Shown here: positions 7,989 to 16,976 of the stretch, in pieces | Numbering within the stretch: position 1 is the stretch's first letter | How the letters are laid out: each line of letters opens with the position of its first letter | Source: an uncultured Clostridiaceae bacterium | GTDB taxonomy: Bacteria; Bacillota; Clostridia; TANB77; CAG-508 | Length of the DNA: 34,748 nucleotides | Direction: 5' to 3' | Assembly (NCBI GenBank): GCA_958417695.1 | Contig: CATZDQ010000001.1 | Coordinates: 1-34,748, forward strand | Notes under the pieces: generated by a model | The model's input: the letters and a program-made list of their open reading frames with translations, nothing else | Database searches by the model: none | What the model was told of the DNA's origin: nothing | Program-made: the position numbers and the translations under genes

Positions 7989-8029
7989 GGCTAAGTAAAG
8001 CGTTTAAACGTTTTATTTGGCTCTTTTTT
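7989..8029 (+). terminator. Rho-independent terminator of the rpsF operon
   Basis: ggctaagtaaagcgt / acgttttatttggct form a 15-bp stem with 4 G-U pairs and a 4-nt loop, followed by cTTTTTT. Confidence 0.7.
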
Positions 8030-8070
8030 GTGCGCAAAAAAAGGAAAATAAAAAAGAAAGAAGGAATTAA

Positions 8071-10191
8071 ATGAAAAATTTCATAAATAAAACAATAGTG
8101 ATAATGTGTATTTTATTACAAATGATGATGTTGGGGTTACCCAATAAAGCGGTCAAAGCCAATATTACAGAAGGAGATACTCTCTATTTACAAGGAGACC
8201 ATGAATGTGATTCTTTATTAGAATATTGGATGGAAGATTACCAAAAATGGAGTTATAAGATTGTTTGGTATGTGTACTATATAGATAAAGAAGAAGGAAA
8301 AAAATACCCAGCCTTTTGTATAGAGCCAGAAAAAGAAGGGATAGGTACAGGTTATGATGCATATGATGTAACCTTAAGCAAAGAAAATAATCCGGTTGTT
8401 TGGAGGATATTAAGTAAAGGGTATATGGGCTCTACTTATTTAGATTGGAACTTAGAATGTGATGATGACTTTTATACCGCTACAAAAGTAGCTTTACATA
8501 GCTATGCACAAGGAAAGTCTCCAAAAGAAAAATATATAGTAGGAAATAGAACGGTAGATGGGAATAGTGTAGAAGAAATCCAAAGAAGAGGAACGAAGGT
8601 ATTAGAAGTAGCACAAGCATTGTATCAATATGGTATTTCTGGTGTAGAAAGTTACGCCAAACCAGAAGTACATGTGCAACAACAAGGAGAAAAACATATA
8701 GAACAGATAGGAGGTGTTTCCTATTATGTTCAAGCATATACAGTACAAGCCAATCAAAAAATGGAGAGTTATCGCGTGAGCATAACCAACCCCATACAAG
8801 GAACTAAAGTCCTAGATACCAATAACCAAGAAGTAGAATACCTAACACAAACTCAATTTAAAGTGGCAGTGCCAACGAAACAAATAAAAAAGAATCAAGA
8901 GATATCCATTTTTATTAGAGATGCTAAAATAAAATCTAATCCAATTTATTATTGTCATAGTCATGTTGAAAAGGCACAAAATTACGTTACATACGCAGCT
9001 GGTTGGGAGAAAACGGGGACAAGTACTTCGTGGACTATTTCTGCTAATAATAGTGCATTAGATTTACTAAAAATAGATGCACAAACAAAACAGCCAATGC
9101 CGGGAGTTACCTTCTCTATTTTTTCACAAACAGGTGATAAAATAGGAGATTATACAACCAATGCAGAAGGAAAAATAAGTATAAATAAACTATTACCACA
9201 AACGATTACCATAAAAGAAGTAAAAACAAATGCAGATTATGTGTTAGATGAGCAAGAAAGAAAAGTGGAATTGGAATGGGGAAAAACATCTAAAATAGTA
9301 TGGGATAATACTAAAAAAAGAGGAGGTTTAAAGATTATAAAAGTAGATAAAGATAATCCAGAAATCTATTTAGAGAAAGTAGAATTTGATTTGTTAGATA
9401 AGGCTGGAAATATAATTAGTCATATTATCACAGACGAAAAGGGAGAAGCTATCATTAAGGATTTGCCTATAGGCACCTATATCTTAAAAGAAACTAAGAC
9501 AAAACAAGATTATGAAATAGCAGCAGATGTAAGTATTACTATTTCATGGAACCAGTTATGCACACAAGTTATAGAAAATGTGAAAAAGAAAGGAAAAATT
9601 GAGGTATACAAAGTAGACAAAGAAGATAAGACCCTACCAATAGAAGGTGACAAGTTCCTAGTAAAAAGAGAAAATGAAGAAATGGTAGATACTATTATAA
9701 CCAATGAACAGGGAAAAGCGATAACCAAAGACCTTCCTATAGGAAAATATTACTTAGAAGAAGTAGAGACAAATGAACAATATGTATTAAAGGAAGAAAA
9801 AATAAGCGTAGAGATTAAAGAAAAAGAAATAACCAAATTACAAATAGAAAATGAAAGAATAAAAGGAAAAATTAAAATAATAAAAACTAGTCAAGATGAT
9901 AATCTGGTAAATGGAAAAAAAGCAGGTAGTCCAATAGCACATGTTAAATTTGAAATTTATGATAAACAGGGAATAATAACGGATACAGTAATTACTAATG
10001 AAGAGGGAATCGCAGAAACGAAATGGTTAGATAAGGGTATCTATAGAATCAAGGAAGTAGAAGCAGGCGATGGTTACCAGTTAAATACACAAGAAGTAGA
10101 AGTGATAATAGAAGAGCATCTACAACTTATGGAATTAGAAATTAAAAATACGTCTATCGTACCAAAAAAACTACCACAAACAGGTTACTAA
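8071..10191 (+). CDS. Secreted surface adhesin with a thioester-domain-like N-terminal region, 4 SpaA/CnaB-type repeats and a terminal LPQTG
   Basis: Signal peptide ending AVKA/NI. YPAFCIEPEKEG fits the TED Cys motif. Four ~90-aa prealbumin-fold repeats follow (G.LKI.KVDK...L.G..F.....G.....ITDE.G.A...DLPIG.Y.L.E...). The ORF ends at ..KKLPQTGY-stop. Confidence 0.8.
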   Translation: MKNFINKTIVIMCILLQMMMLGLPNKAVKANITEGDTLYLQGDHECDSLLEYWMEDYQKWSYKIVWYVYYIDKEEGKKYPAFCIEPEKEGIGTGYDAYDVTLSKENNPVVWRILSKGYMGSTYLDWNLECDDDFYTATKVALHSYAQGKSPKEKYIVGNRTVDGNSVEEIQRRGTKVLEVAQALYQYGISGVESYAKPEVHVQQQGEKHIEQIGGVSYYVQAYTVQANQKMESYRVSITNPIQGTKVLDTNNQEVEYLTQTQFKVAVPTKQIKKNQEISIFIRDAKIKSNPIYYCHSHVEKAQNYVTYAAGWEKTGTSTSWTISANNSALDLLKIDAQTKQPMPGVTFSIFSQTGDKIGDYTTNAEGKISINKLLPQTITIKEVKTNADYVLDEQERKVELEWGKTSKIVWDNTKKRGGLKIIKVDKDNPEIYLEKVEFDLLDKAGNIISHIITDEKGEAIIKDLPIGTYILKETKTKQDYEIAADVSITISWNQLCTQVIENVKKKGKIEVYKVDKEDKTLPIEGDKFLVKRENEEMVDTIITNEQGKAITKDLPIGKYYLEEVETNEQYVLKEEKISVEIKEKEITKLQIENERIKGKIKIIKTSQDDNLVNGKKAGSPIAHVKFEIYDKQGIITDTVITNEEGIAETKWLDKGIYRIKEVEAGDGYQLNTQEVEVIIEEHLQLMELEIKNTSIVPKKLPQTGY
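9055..10146 (+). repeat. Four tandem SpaA/CnaB-type domain repeats inside the adhesin gene
   Basis: Protein-level repeats at approximately aa 329-412, 418-505, 508-596 and 599-692. The blocks DLPIGTYILKETKT and DLPIGKYYLEEVET recur. Confidence 0.7.
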
Positions 10192-10337
10192 AATAGCCAA
10201 ATGTTTTAAACTAGAATTTTTGTCTTTTCATCATTTTTACTTTTATTAGTTTTTATAACACATTTAGTTCCAATAGTTACATAAAAGAAATTGCAAAAAA
10301 GAGGAACAAAAAGGAAAATAAATATAAAAAGAAAGAA

Positions 10338-10366
10338 TTGACATTAACCAAAAGGTAATATAAAAT
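10338..10366 (+). promoter_or_regulatory. Sigma-A promoter of the pilin-like gene
   Basis: TTGACA (10338-10343), 17-nt spacer, TAAAAT (10361-10366). Confidence 0.55.
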
Positions 10367-10399
10367 AAAAGTATATACGTAAGATGAGAGGAGTAAAAG

Positions 10400-11227
10400 A
10401 TGAAAAAGCAAAACGGTATAACGATGGTATCTTTAGTAATAACTATTATTATATTAATCATTTTAGCAGGCGTTAGTCTCAATATAACAATTGGAGAAGA
10501 TGGCTTAATTACTAAAGCAAAACAAGCTAAAGAAAATGCTATACTAGCAAGTGAAGCAGAAGAAAAACAATTAAATAGATTATATGAAGAATTAGCAACA
10601 GGAGGGCAAGATTCTGATAATGCCTCCGGAGATGAGGCAACAATCATAGCCCTTCGAAAACAAATAGAAGAACAAAATAAGACCATTTCTAGTCTACAGA
10701 GCCAATTGTCAGTAGTACAGAGTCAATCGTCGATACTACAGAACAAATATGATTTACTAGAAACAGATTTTACAAAATTAAGAAATAGTGTGTTACAAAT
10801 TTTACAAGATAGAAATATAAACATTGATAATCAAGCAAGTGTAGATACTATTATAGAAAATTTGCCTTATGTAGTAGCAGGAAAGCCAATTAGCTTTTTG
10901 ACATCTAGTGCAACTATTTCTACTGGACAAACGATAACACCATTTTCAAATAACATTTCTGCAAGAGTAACCAATATATATATTTATGTGTCAGTAGGGA
11001 ATAAGGATGCTATTAAAACTTCTAATGTGAGTGTAACTTTACAAGCTTCTACAGATAATAGTACATGGGATACTTTAAAAACAGATACAGTCGTTAGACC
11101 AACTCGTTCTACAAAGTTAATTTATGATGAATTTATCTCTATACAAAAAGATTACCATTACTTTAGATTGACTGTACATTCAGATGATAATGAAAACAGT
11201 AATTTATTTAAAATTTTATATATGTAA
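10400..11227 (+). CDS. Pilin-like (class III signal-peptide-like) protein with a coiled coil and a discoidin-like C-terminal domain
   Basis: MKKQNG/ITMVSLVITIIILIILAGVSL has a basic leader ending in Gly and a 21-residue hydrophobic helix, as in prepilins, but Ser replaces Glu at +5. Heptad region SLQSQLSVVQSQSSILQNKYD. The C-terminus LQASTDNSTWDTL...YHYFRLTV resembles F5/8 type C domains. Confidence 0.6.
   Translation: MKKQNGITMVSLVITIIILIILAGVSLNITIGEDGLITKAKQAKENAILASEAEEKQLNRLYEELATGGQDSDNASGDEATIIALRKQIEEQNKTISSLQSQLSVVQSQSSILQNKYDLLETDFTKLRNSVLQILQDRNINIDNQASVDTIIENLPYVVAGKPISFLTSSATISTGQTITPFSNNISARVTNIYIYVSVGNKDAIKTSNVSVTLQASTDNSTWDTLKTDTVVRPTRSTKLIYDEFISIQKDYHYFRLTVHSDDNENSNLFKILYM
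10691..10753 (+). repeat. Three imperfect 21-nt tandem repeats encoding heptads
   Basis: agtctacagagccaattgtca / gtagtacagagtcaatcgtcg / atactacagaacaaatatgat. Confidence 0.6.
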
Positions 11228-11323
11228 GTAAAAAATAAGAATAGAAAAATAACCTCCTTTAGGTTTAAACATACAATATTGGTAAATACTAATAGTAGTT
11301 TAAATAAAGGAGGTTTTTGGCAT

Positions 11324-12190
11324 ATGAAATTAGGAATTGCATTATCAGGAGGAGGGATTAGAGGAATTGCACATGCAGGGGTTTTAAAAGCTTTAGAAGA
11401 TAATCACATTACAATAGATGTCATTGGCGGAACTAGTGCTGGCAGTATGATAGCTTCTTTATATGCTATGGGATATTCACCCTATTACATATATATGTTG
11501 TTTAAAAAATATGCCAAAGATATTGCAGGAATGAATACCAATCCTCTTTTAAGTGGGATACAGAATTTATTAGGGAATAAAAGAAAAGTATTAACAGGCT
11601 TAAAAAGTGGGGAAGCGATTGAAAAAGTATATGATAAAATGGCAGCAAGAAAAGGGATAAAAGAGATTGGTCAAATAAAAATGCCTTTAGTAATTCCTAG
11701 TGTAGATATTACAGAGTCTAAAGAATATGTTTTTACAAATTTTATTCCAAAGCAAATAGAAGATAGGCTGCAATATATAACACAGATTAGTATAGGAAAA
11801 GCAGTAAGAGCTAGTAGTAGTTTCCCAGCTGTGTTTAGCCCTTGTAAAGTAGATACACATGCCTTTATGGATGGCGGCGCTCTAGATAATATTCCTGTTA
11901 ACGAAGTAAAAAAACAAGGAGCAGATAAGGTTATTGCTGTTAAATTTGATGCAGACCCGATTGATGAAAAAAGCAATTTAATGGATATTGTCATGAAAAC
12001 AATTGATATTATGGGGAGCAAAATATCAGAGGAAAGTTTAGAAATGAGTGACTATGTATTAAATGTGTATACCGATAAAGTGGGATTATTGGATACACAA
12101 AAATTAGATAGCTGTTACCAGTACGGTTATCAATGTGTCATAGATAATTTAGAAGCAATTCAGAGGATTGTCAAAGAAGAAAAAAGGTGA
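11324..12190 (+). CDS. Patatin-like phospholipase
   Basis: GGGIRG oxyanion motif, GTSAG nucleophile elbow and DGGALDN catalytic Asp. Start moved to ATG 11324, which has a AAGGAGG RBS. Confidence 0.85.
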   Translation: MKLGIALSGGGIRGIAHAGVLKALEDNHITIDVIGGTSAGSMIASLYAMGYSPYYIYMLFKKYAKDIAGMNTNPLLSGIQNLLGNKRKVLTGLKSGEAIEKVYDKMAARKGIKEIGQIKMPLVIPSVDITESKEYVFTNFIPKQIEDRLQYITQISIGKAVRASSSFPAVFSPCKVDTHAFMDGGALDNIPVNEVKKQGADKVIAVKFDADPIDEKSNLMDIVMKTIDIMGSKISEESLEMSDYVLNVYTDKVGLLDTQKLDSCYQYGYQCVIDNLEAIQRIVKEEKR

Positions 12191-12238
12191 TATAATAGTT
12201 GACGTAATACAAAAATATATAGCAGGAGGAGCAACAAG

Positions 12239-12685
12239 ATGAATCAAAACAGGAAACGGAAGATAGATGCTTCCTATATCATACAGGAGGGGAGATATGC
12301 TATCCGATTAGCGATGCCAAGTGATGCAGCAGCCTATGTAGCTAGGTATAATATGCCTGTTGGCAAGCAAATGAGGGACATGATTATCGCTCAGAAAAAA
12401 GAAACAAAAGCTTTTTTAGAAGCTATTTCTAATTTCCAATTTGTAATCTTGGAAGATGGGATTGTCATGGGGCTTATTGAGACGATTGCAAAACCACATA
12501 CGATGGGCCGTGAAGCTTATGTGAAAATTGTCTTATCCAATGCAGAAGATAAGATGAAGAAACCAGAAATACAGGATTTGTTCATCAAGCTGTTAAAAGA
12601 GAAATTTCTGTATGATAGAGTTTGGATTTATAAAAATGAATATCAACATCCGCTGATGACAGATATGGTGGATATTGCTACATGA
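12239..12685 (+). CDS. Hypothetical protein, weakly GNAT-like topology, compositionally atypical
   Basis: AGGAGGAG RBS. YAIRLAMPSDAAAYV...FQFVILEDGIVMGLIE...AYVKIVLS resembles GNAT beta1-beta4 strands, but I see no clear Q/RxxGxG/A motif. GC is visibly higher than in the flanks. Confidence 0.5.
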   Translation: MNQNRKRKIDASYIIQEGRYAIRLAMPSDAAAYVARYNMPVGKQMRDMIIAQKKETKAFLEAISNFQFVILEDGIVMGLIETIAKPHTMGREAYVKIVLSNAEDKMKKPEIQDLFIKLLKEKFLYDRVWIYKNEYQHPLMTDMVDIAT

Positions 12686-12807
12686 AAGGGCCTTAATGGC
12701 CATTTTGTGGCGATTAGATAGTTTCTTTTATAATTTTTTTCTTGCAGATAAAGCTTTTCTATGATATGATTATACAATAAAAAATAAAATAAAAGGTGGA
12801 ATTAAAA

Positions 12808-13665
12808 ATGTTAGATGTCTTAATGGACACAGCTATAGATGGTATAAAGTTATTACCATTTTTACTAATTACCTATATTATTATGGAATATATAGAACAT
12901 AAAACAGGAGAAAAAGCAAAGAAAGTAATTCAAAAATCAGGTAAGTTTGGACCTTTATGGGGGGGAATATTAGGTATTTTCCCACAATGTGGATTTTCAG
13001 CAGCAGCAGCTAATTTATATGCAGGTAAAATCATTACATTAGGTACGTTAATTGCTATTTTTCTATCTACTTCTGATGAAATGCTACCAGTATTAATATC
13101 AGAAGCGGCACCGATAGGTACGATTTTAGAAATATTGGGTATTAAATTAGTAATTGGTATTATCGTTGGATTTTTAATAGATATAGTGGGACGAGCTTTT
13201 AAAAAGAAGAAAGAAGAAAGCCCTTCAGAAGAAGCAATTGGTGAAATTTGTGAACATGAACACTGTCACTGTGAAGAAGAGGGGATTTTCTTATCAGCTT
13301 TAAAACATACTTTACATATTTTTATATTTATCTTGTTGGTAACACTTGCTTTAAATATGGTAATTTATTTTATGGGAGAAGAAACTTTAGCCAATATCAT
13401 CTTAAATAAACCAATTATAGGGCCAATTATTGCTGCTATAGTAGGGTTCATTCCCAATTGTGCAGGCTCAGTCATTATTACGAAATTATACTTATCACAG
13501 GTAATTAGTATGGGTTCTATGATTGCTGGCTTGTTAGTAGGTTCTGGAATTGGTATTTTGGTTTTATTTAAAGTAAATAAGAATATAAAAGAAAATATAA
13601 AGATTGCAGGTATCCTATATGCAGTGGGGGTTCTATTTGGAATACTAATTGATTGGTTTTTATAA
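12808..13665 (+). CDS. Multi-pass membrane protein of the putative 10-TM heavy-metal exporter (ArsP_2-like) family
   Basis: FPQCGFSAAAANLY and FIPNCAGSVII repeat halves, with a central CEHEHCHCEEE Cys/His-rich loop. Start moved to ATG 12808, behind an AAAGGTGG RBS. Confidence 0.6.
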   Translation: MLDVLMDTAIDGIKLLPFLLITYIIMEYIEHKTGEKAKKVIQKSGKFGPLWGGILGIFPQCGFSAAAANLYAGKIITLGTLIAIFLSTSDEMLPVLISEAAPIGTILEILGIKLVIGIIVGFLIDIVGRAFKKKKEESPSEEAIGEICEHEHCHCEEEGIFLSALKHTLHIFIFILLVTLALNMVIYFMGEETLANIILNKPIIGPIIAAIVGFIPNCAGSVIITKLYLSQVISMGSMIAGLLVGSGIGILVLFKVNKNIKENIKIAGILYAVGVLFGILIDWFL

Positions 13666-13681
13666 ATAAAAGAACAAATAA

Positions 13682-13733
13682 AAAAGAAATTCTTAAACTT
13701 TACTTTTGAAGGTATTGTTTTGGAATTTCTTTT
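13682..13733. terminator. Possible bidirectional terminator between convergent genes
   Basis: aaaagaaattc / gaatttctttt form an 11-bp stem, but the loop is long at 30 nt. A/T runs lie on both sides. Confidence 0.35.
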
Positions 13734-13745
13734 CTTTTATTATAT

Positions 13746-14459
13746 TTATGAAATACCTACGATTTCTTTAGCTCTTTTTATATCTTCTTGATTAGCGGTT
13801 CTAACCTTTTCTAAGGGATAATCTAAATGTAACTTAGTCCATTTAAATTTTCCTAAATCATGATAAGGAAGGAATTCCACACGTTCTACAGTTGGTAAAG
13901 TAGCAATAAAATCTTTTAGTTTTAGTAAGTCGGTTTCATCATCTGTTATGCCAGGAATTAAAACTTGTCTAATCCATAAAGGTTTATTATGCGCACCTAA
14001 ATAGCGAGCAAAGGCCAATTCTTTTTGGTTAGAAACACCAGTTAAGTCTTTACATTTTTCATCATTAATACATTTAATATCTAATAAGAATAAATCTGTT
14101 AAGTCAATCACTTCTTTTATAGTATCTGTGATGGTAAAACTACCAGAGGTATCGATACAAGTATGGATACCTTCTTTTTTTAATTCCTTAAATAAAGCAA
14201 TTATAAATTCTGATTGAAGTAAAGGCTCACCACCACTAATGGTAACACCTCCATCTGGCATAATGTAGTTTTTATATTTTCTAATTTTTTCTAAAACTTG
14301 TGTGACTGTATAAGTAGTTCCAGCATGTAAATCCCAAGTATCTCTATTTTGACAGTACTTACATTGCAAACAGCAACCTTGCATAAATACAATGAAACGA
14401 ATCCCAGGACCATCAACAGCGCCTAATGATTCAAATGAATGTATTTTTCCTTCTATCAT
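13746..14459 (-). CDS. pflA: Pyruvate formate-lyase activating enzyme (radical SAM)
   Basis: CCLQCKYCQN is a CX3CX2C cluster. GGVTISGGEPLLQ is present. Lies directly downstream of pflB. Start set at ATG 14459, which has a GGAGG RBS. Confidence 0.9.
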   Translation of the reverse strand: MIEGKIHSFESLGAVDGPGIRFIVFMQGCCLQCKYCQNRDTWDLHAGTTYTVTQVLEKIRKYKNYIMPDGGVTISGGEPLLQSEFIIALFKELKKEGIHTCIDTSGSFTITDTIKEVIDLTDLFLLDIKCINDEKCKDLTGVSNQKELAFARYLGAHNKPLWIRQVLIPGITDDETDLLKLKDFIATLPTVERVEFLPYHDLGKFKWTKLHLDYPLEKVRTANQEDIKRAKEIVGIS

Positions 14460-14542
14460 GAAAATTAGCCTCCTTTTCAAAAAAAGAAATCTGACTTTCC
14501 TTCTACTAGGGAAGGGAAAGCCAGAAATCCCTATATAGTTAT

Positions 14543-16777
14543 TTAAATTCTATCTTGAATAGTTCTATTAATAACGTCTAATTGTTGTTCTCTTGTTAAT
14601 TTAATGAAGTTAACAGCATATCCGGATACACGAATTGTTAATTGTGGATAGTTTTCTGGATGTTCCATAGCATCTTCTAGTAAAGCTCTATCAAATACAT
14701 TAACATTAATATGATGACCAGTTTGTTTGAAGTAGCCATCTAATAAACTAACTAGATTTTTCTCTTGTGTTTCTAAATCTTTACCAAGTGTTCCTGGTGT
14801 AATAGAGAATGTATAAGAAATACCATCTTCAGAGTATTCGTATGGAAGCTTAGCAATTGTATTCATAACAGCTACAGCACCATTGGTATCTCTACCATGT
14901 AGTGGGTTAGCACCTGGTCCAAATGGTTCTCCAGATCTTCTACCATCTGGTGTGTTACCGGTTGCTTTTCCATATACTACATTAGACGTAATCGTTAAAA
15001 TAGATAAGGTATGTTTTGAATTTCTATAGGTTTGATGTTTTTGTAATTTTCTCATGAATGTTTTAACGATTTCTACAGCAATCGCATCAACTCTATCATC
15101 ATCATTTCCGTATTTAGGGAAGTCACCTTCTACTTTATAATCTACGGCTAATCCAGTTTCATCTCTAATAACTTTTACTTTAGCATATTTAATAGCAGAT
15201 AAAGAATCAGCAACAACGGATAGACCAGCAATACCACATGCCATCGTTCTTAGAATATCTTTATCATGTAAAGCCATTTCTAAAGCTTCATAAGAATATT
15301 TATCATGCATATAATGAATAGCATTTAAAGCTTTGATATAAATTTTAGCTACGTAATCCATCATGGTATCAAATTTTTCCATAACTTCATTATAATCCAG
15401 GTATTCAGAAGTAATTGGTTCAAACTTAGGAGCTATTTGTTTTCCAGATTTTTCATCTCTACCGCCATTAATAGCATATAGTAAAGTTTTAGCAAGGTTA
15501 GCTCTAGCACCAAAGAATTGCATTTGTTTACCAATCTTCATAGCAGATACGCAACAAGCAATACCATAGTCATCACCTAGAGTAACTCTCATTAAATCAT
15601 CATTTTCATATTGGATAGAAGATGTTTGAATAGAAATTTTAGTTGTAAATCTCTTAAATCCTTCTGGTAAGTTTTCTGACCATAATACGGTTAAGTTTGG
15701 TTCTGGAGCAGGACCTAAAGTCGTTAATGTGTGTAACATTCTAAAAGAGTTTTTAGTAACTAAAGTTCTTCCGTCAACACCCATTCCACCAACACTTTCT
15801 GTTACCCATACTGGGTCTCCACTAAATAGTTCATTATATTCTGGTGCACGTAAGAAACGAATCATACGTAATTTCATAACAAAATGGTCCATTAATTCTT
15901 GTGCTTCTTCTTCTGTTAGGATACCTGCTTGCATATCTCTTTCCATGTAGATATCTAAGAAAGTAGAAGTTCTACCTAAACTCATAGCTGCACCATTTTG
16001 ATCTTTTACAGCACCTAGGTAAGCAAAATATAACCATTGTACAGCTTCTTTTGCAGTTTGTGCTGGTATGGAAATATCAAAACCATATTTAGCAGCCATT
16101 TTCTTTAAATCTTCTAATGCTACAATTTGGTCATGAATTTCTTCACGTTCTCTAATAACATCAGCTGTAAATTCATCTACATCTAAAATATCTAATTCTT
16201 GTTTTTTCTCAGCAATTAAAGCATCTACACCATATAAAGCAACTCTTCTATAATCACCAATAATTCTTCCACGTCCATAACCATCTGGAAGACCAGTAAT
16301 TAAATGAGAACTTCTAGCAGCTCTTATGTCCTTTGTGTAAACTGCAAAAACACCATCGTTATGTGTTCTTCTTAAATGATTATAAATATAGTCTGTTTCT
16401 GGGTCTACTTCATAACCATAAGACTCACATGATTTTTCAACAATTTTAATACCACCATTTGGCATAATAGCTCTTTTTAAAGGACTATCTGTTTGAAATC
16501 CAACGATTTGCTCTAAATCTTTATCTAAGTATCCTGCTTCATAGGCATTTACAGCAGATGGAGTTTTAGTATCTACATCTAATACGCCATTTTCTCTTTC
16601 TTTTTCATAAAGTTTTAACACTTTGTCCCATAAAGTTTTTGTTCTTTGTGTAGCACCTACTAAGAAAGAATCATCTCCTTCATAAGGTGTGTAATTTGCT
16701 TGGATGAAACCTCTAACATCAATCTCTTTTGTCCATTCACCACGTTTGTTAAAGCCATCCCATTGTTTAAATTCCAT
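14543..16777 (-). CDS. pflB: Pyruvate formate-lyase (formate C-acetyltransferase)
   Basis: Glycyl-radical motif RVSGYAVNF and catalytic GIACCVSAM Cys-Cys pair, about 745 aa. Start set at ATG 16777 (MEFKQWDGF), which has an AGGAGG RBS. Confidence 0.95.
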   Translation of the reverse strand: MEFKQWDGFNKRGEWTKEIDVRGFIQANYTPYEGDDSFLVGATQRTKTLWDKVLKLYEKERENGVLDVDTKTPSAVNAYEAGYLDKDLEQIVGFQTDSPLKRAIMPNGGIKIVEKSCESYGYEVDPETDYIYNHLRRTHNDGVFAVYTKDIRAARSSHLITGLPDGYGRGRIIGDYRRVALYGVDALIAEKKQELDILDVDEFTADVIREREEIHDQIVALEDLKKMAAKYGFDISIPAQTAKEAVQWLYFAYLGAVKDQNGAAMSLGRTSTFLDIYMERDMQAGILTEEEAQELMDHFVMKLRMIRFLRAPEYNELFSGDPVWVTESVGGMGVDGRTLVTKNSFRMLHTLTTLGPAPEPNLTVLWSENLPEGFKRFTTKISIQTSSIQYENDDLMRVTLGDDYGIACCVSAMKIGKQMQFFGARANLAKTLLYAINGGRDEKSGKQIAPKFEPITSEYLDYNEVMEKFDTMMDYVAKIYIKALNAIHYMHDKYSYEALEMALHDKDILRTMACGIAGLSVVADSLSAIKYAKVKVIRDETGLAVDYKVEGDFPKYGNDDDRVDAIAVEIVKTFMRKLQKHQTYRNSKHTLSILTITSNVVYGKATGNTPDGRRSGEPFGPGANPLHGRDTNGAVAVMNTIAKLPYEYSEDGISYTFSITPGTLGKDLETQEKNLVSLLDGYFKQTGHHINVNVFDRALLEDAMEHPENYPQLTIRVSGYAVNFIKLTREQQLDVINRTIQDRI

Positions 16778-16841
16778 AATATACCTCCTTATAATAGTAT
16801 CTATCGATTTTTTGTAATTATTCAAAATTACTCGCCTAATT

Positions 16842-16870
16842 ATCATAACATATTTTGACAAGATTATCAA
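16842..16870 (-). promoter_or_regulatory. Sigma-A promoter of pflBA
   Basis: On the minus strand: TTGATA, 17-nt spacer, TATGAT. Confidence 0.45.
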
Positions 16871-16931
16871 TAAAATTTTTAGAAAAAAACAATAAAGTTG
16901 AGAATGATTATCAAAATGCTAGAAGAAATAG

Positions 16932-16974
16932 AAAAAAATAAAGCGTTAGTTATATAAAAGATAACTAGCGCTTT
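16932..16974 (-). terminator. Rho-independent terminator after the minus-strand XRE gene
   Basis: aaagcgttagttat / ataactagcgcttt form a 14-bp stem with 1 G-U pair, followed by a T-run on the minus strand. Confidence 0.7.
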
Positions 16975-16976
16975 TC

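Noticed and set aside
10264-10686. 140-aa minus-strand ORF overlapping the start of the pilin-like gene.
   Set aside because: It has no RBS and overlaps the promoter, RBS and well-structured N-terminus of the plus-strand gene. It is a compositional artefact.
11324-12190. The patatin-like lipase as an effector of a CBASS-type or other anti-phage system.
   Set aside because: There is no cyclase, sensor, NTPase or other defence-associated partner nearby. The neighbours are surface proteins and a transporter.
16838-16913. Three copies of (G/A)ATTATCA upstream of pflB, which look like Fur-box halves (TGATAAT).
   Set aside because: Two copies coincide with the -35 (TTGATAat) and -10 (TATGATaat) hexamers of the predicted pflB promoter. 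The third matches the 7-1-7 Fur consensus only partially. AT-rich promoter sequence explains them.
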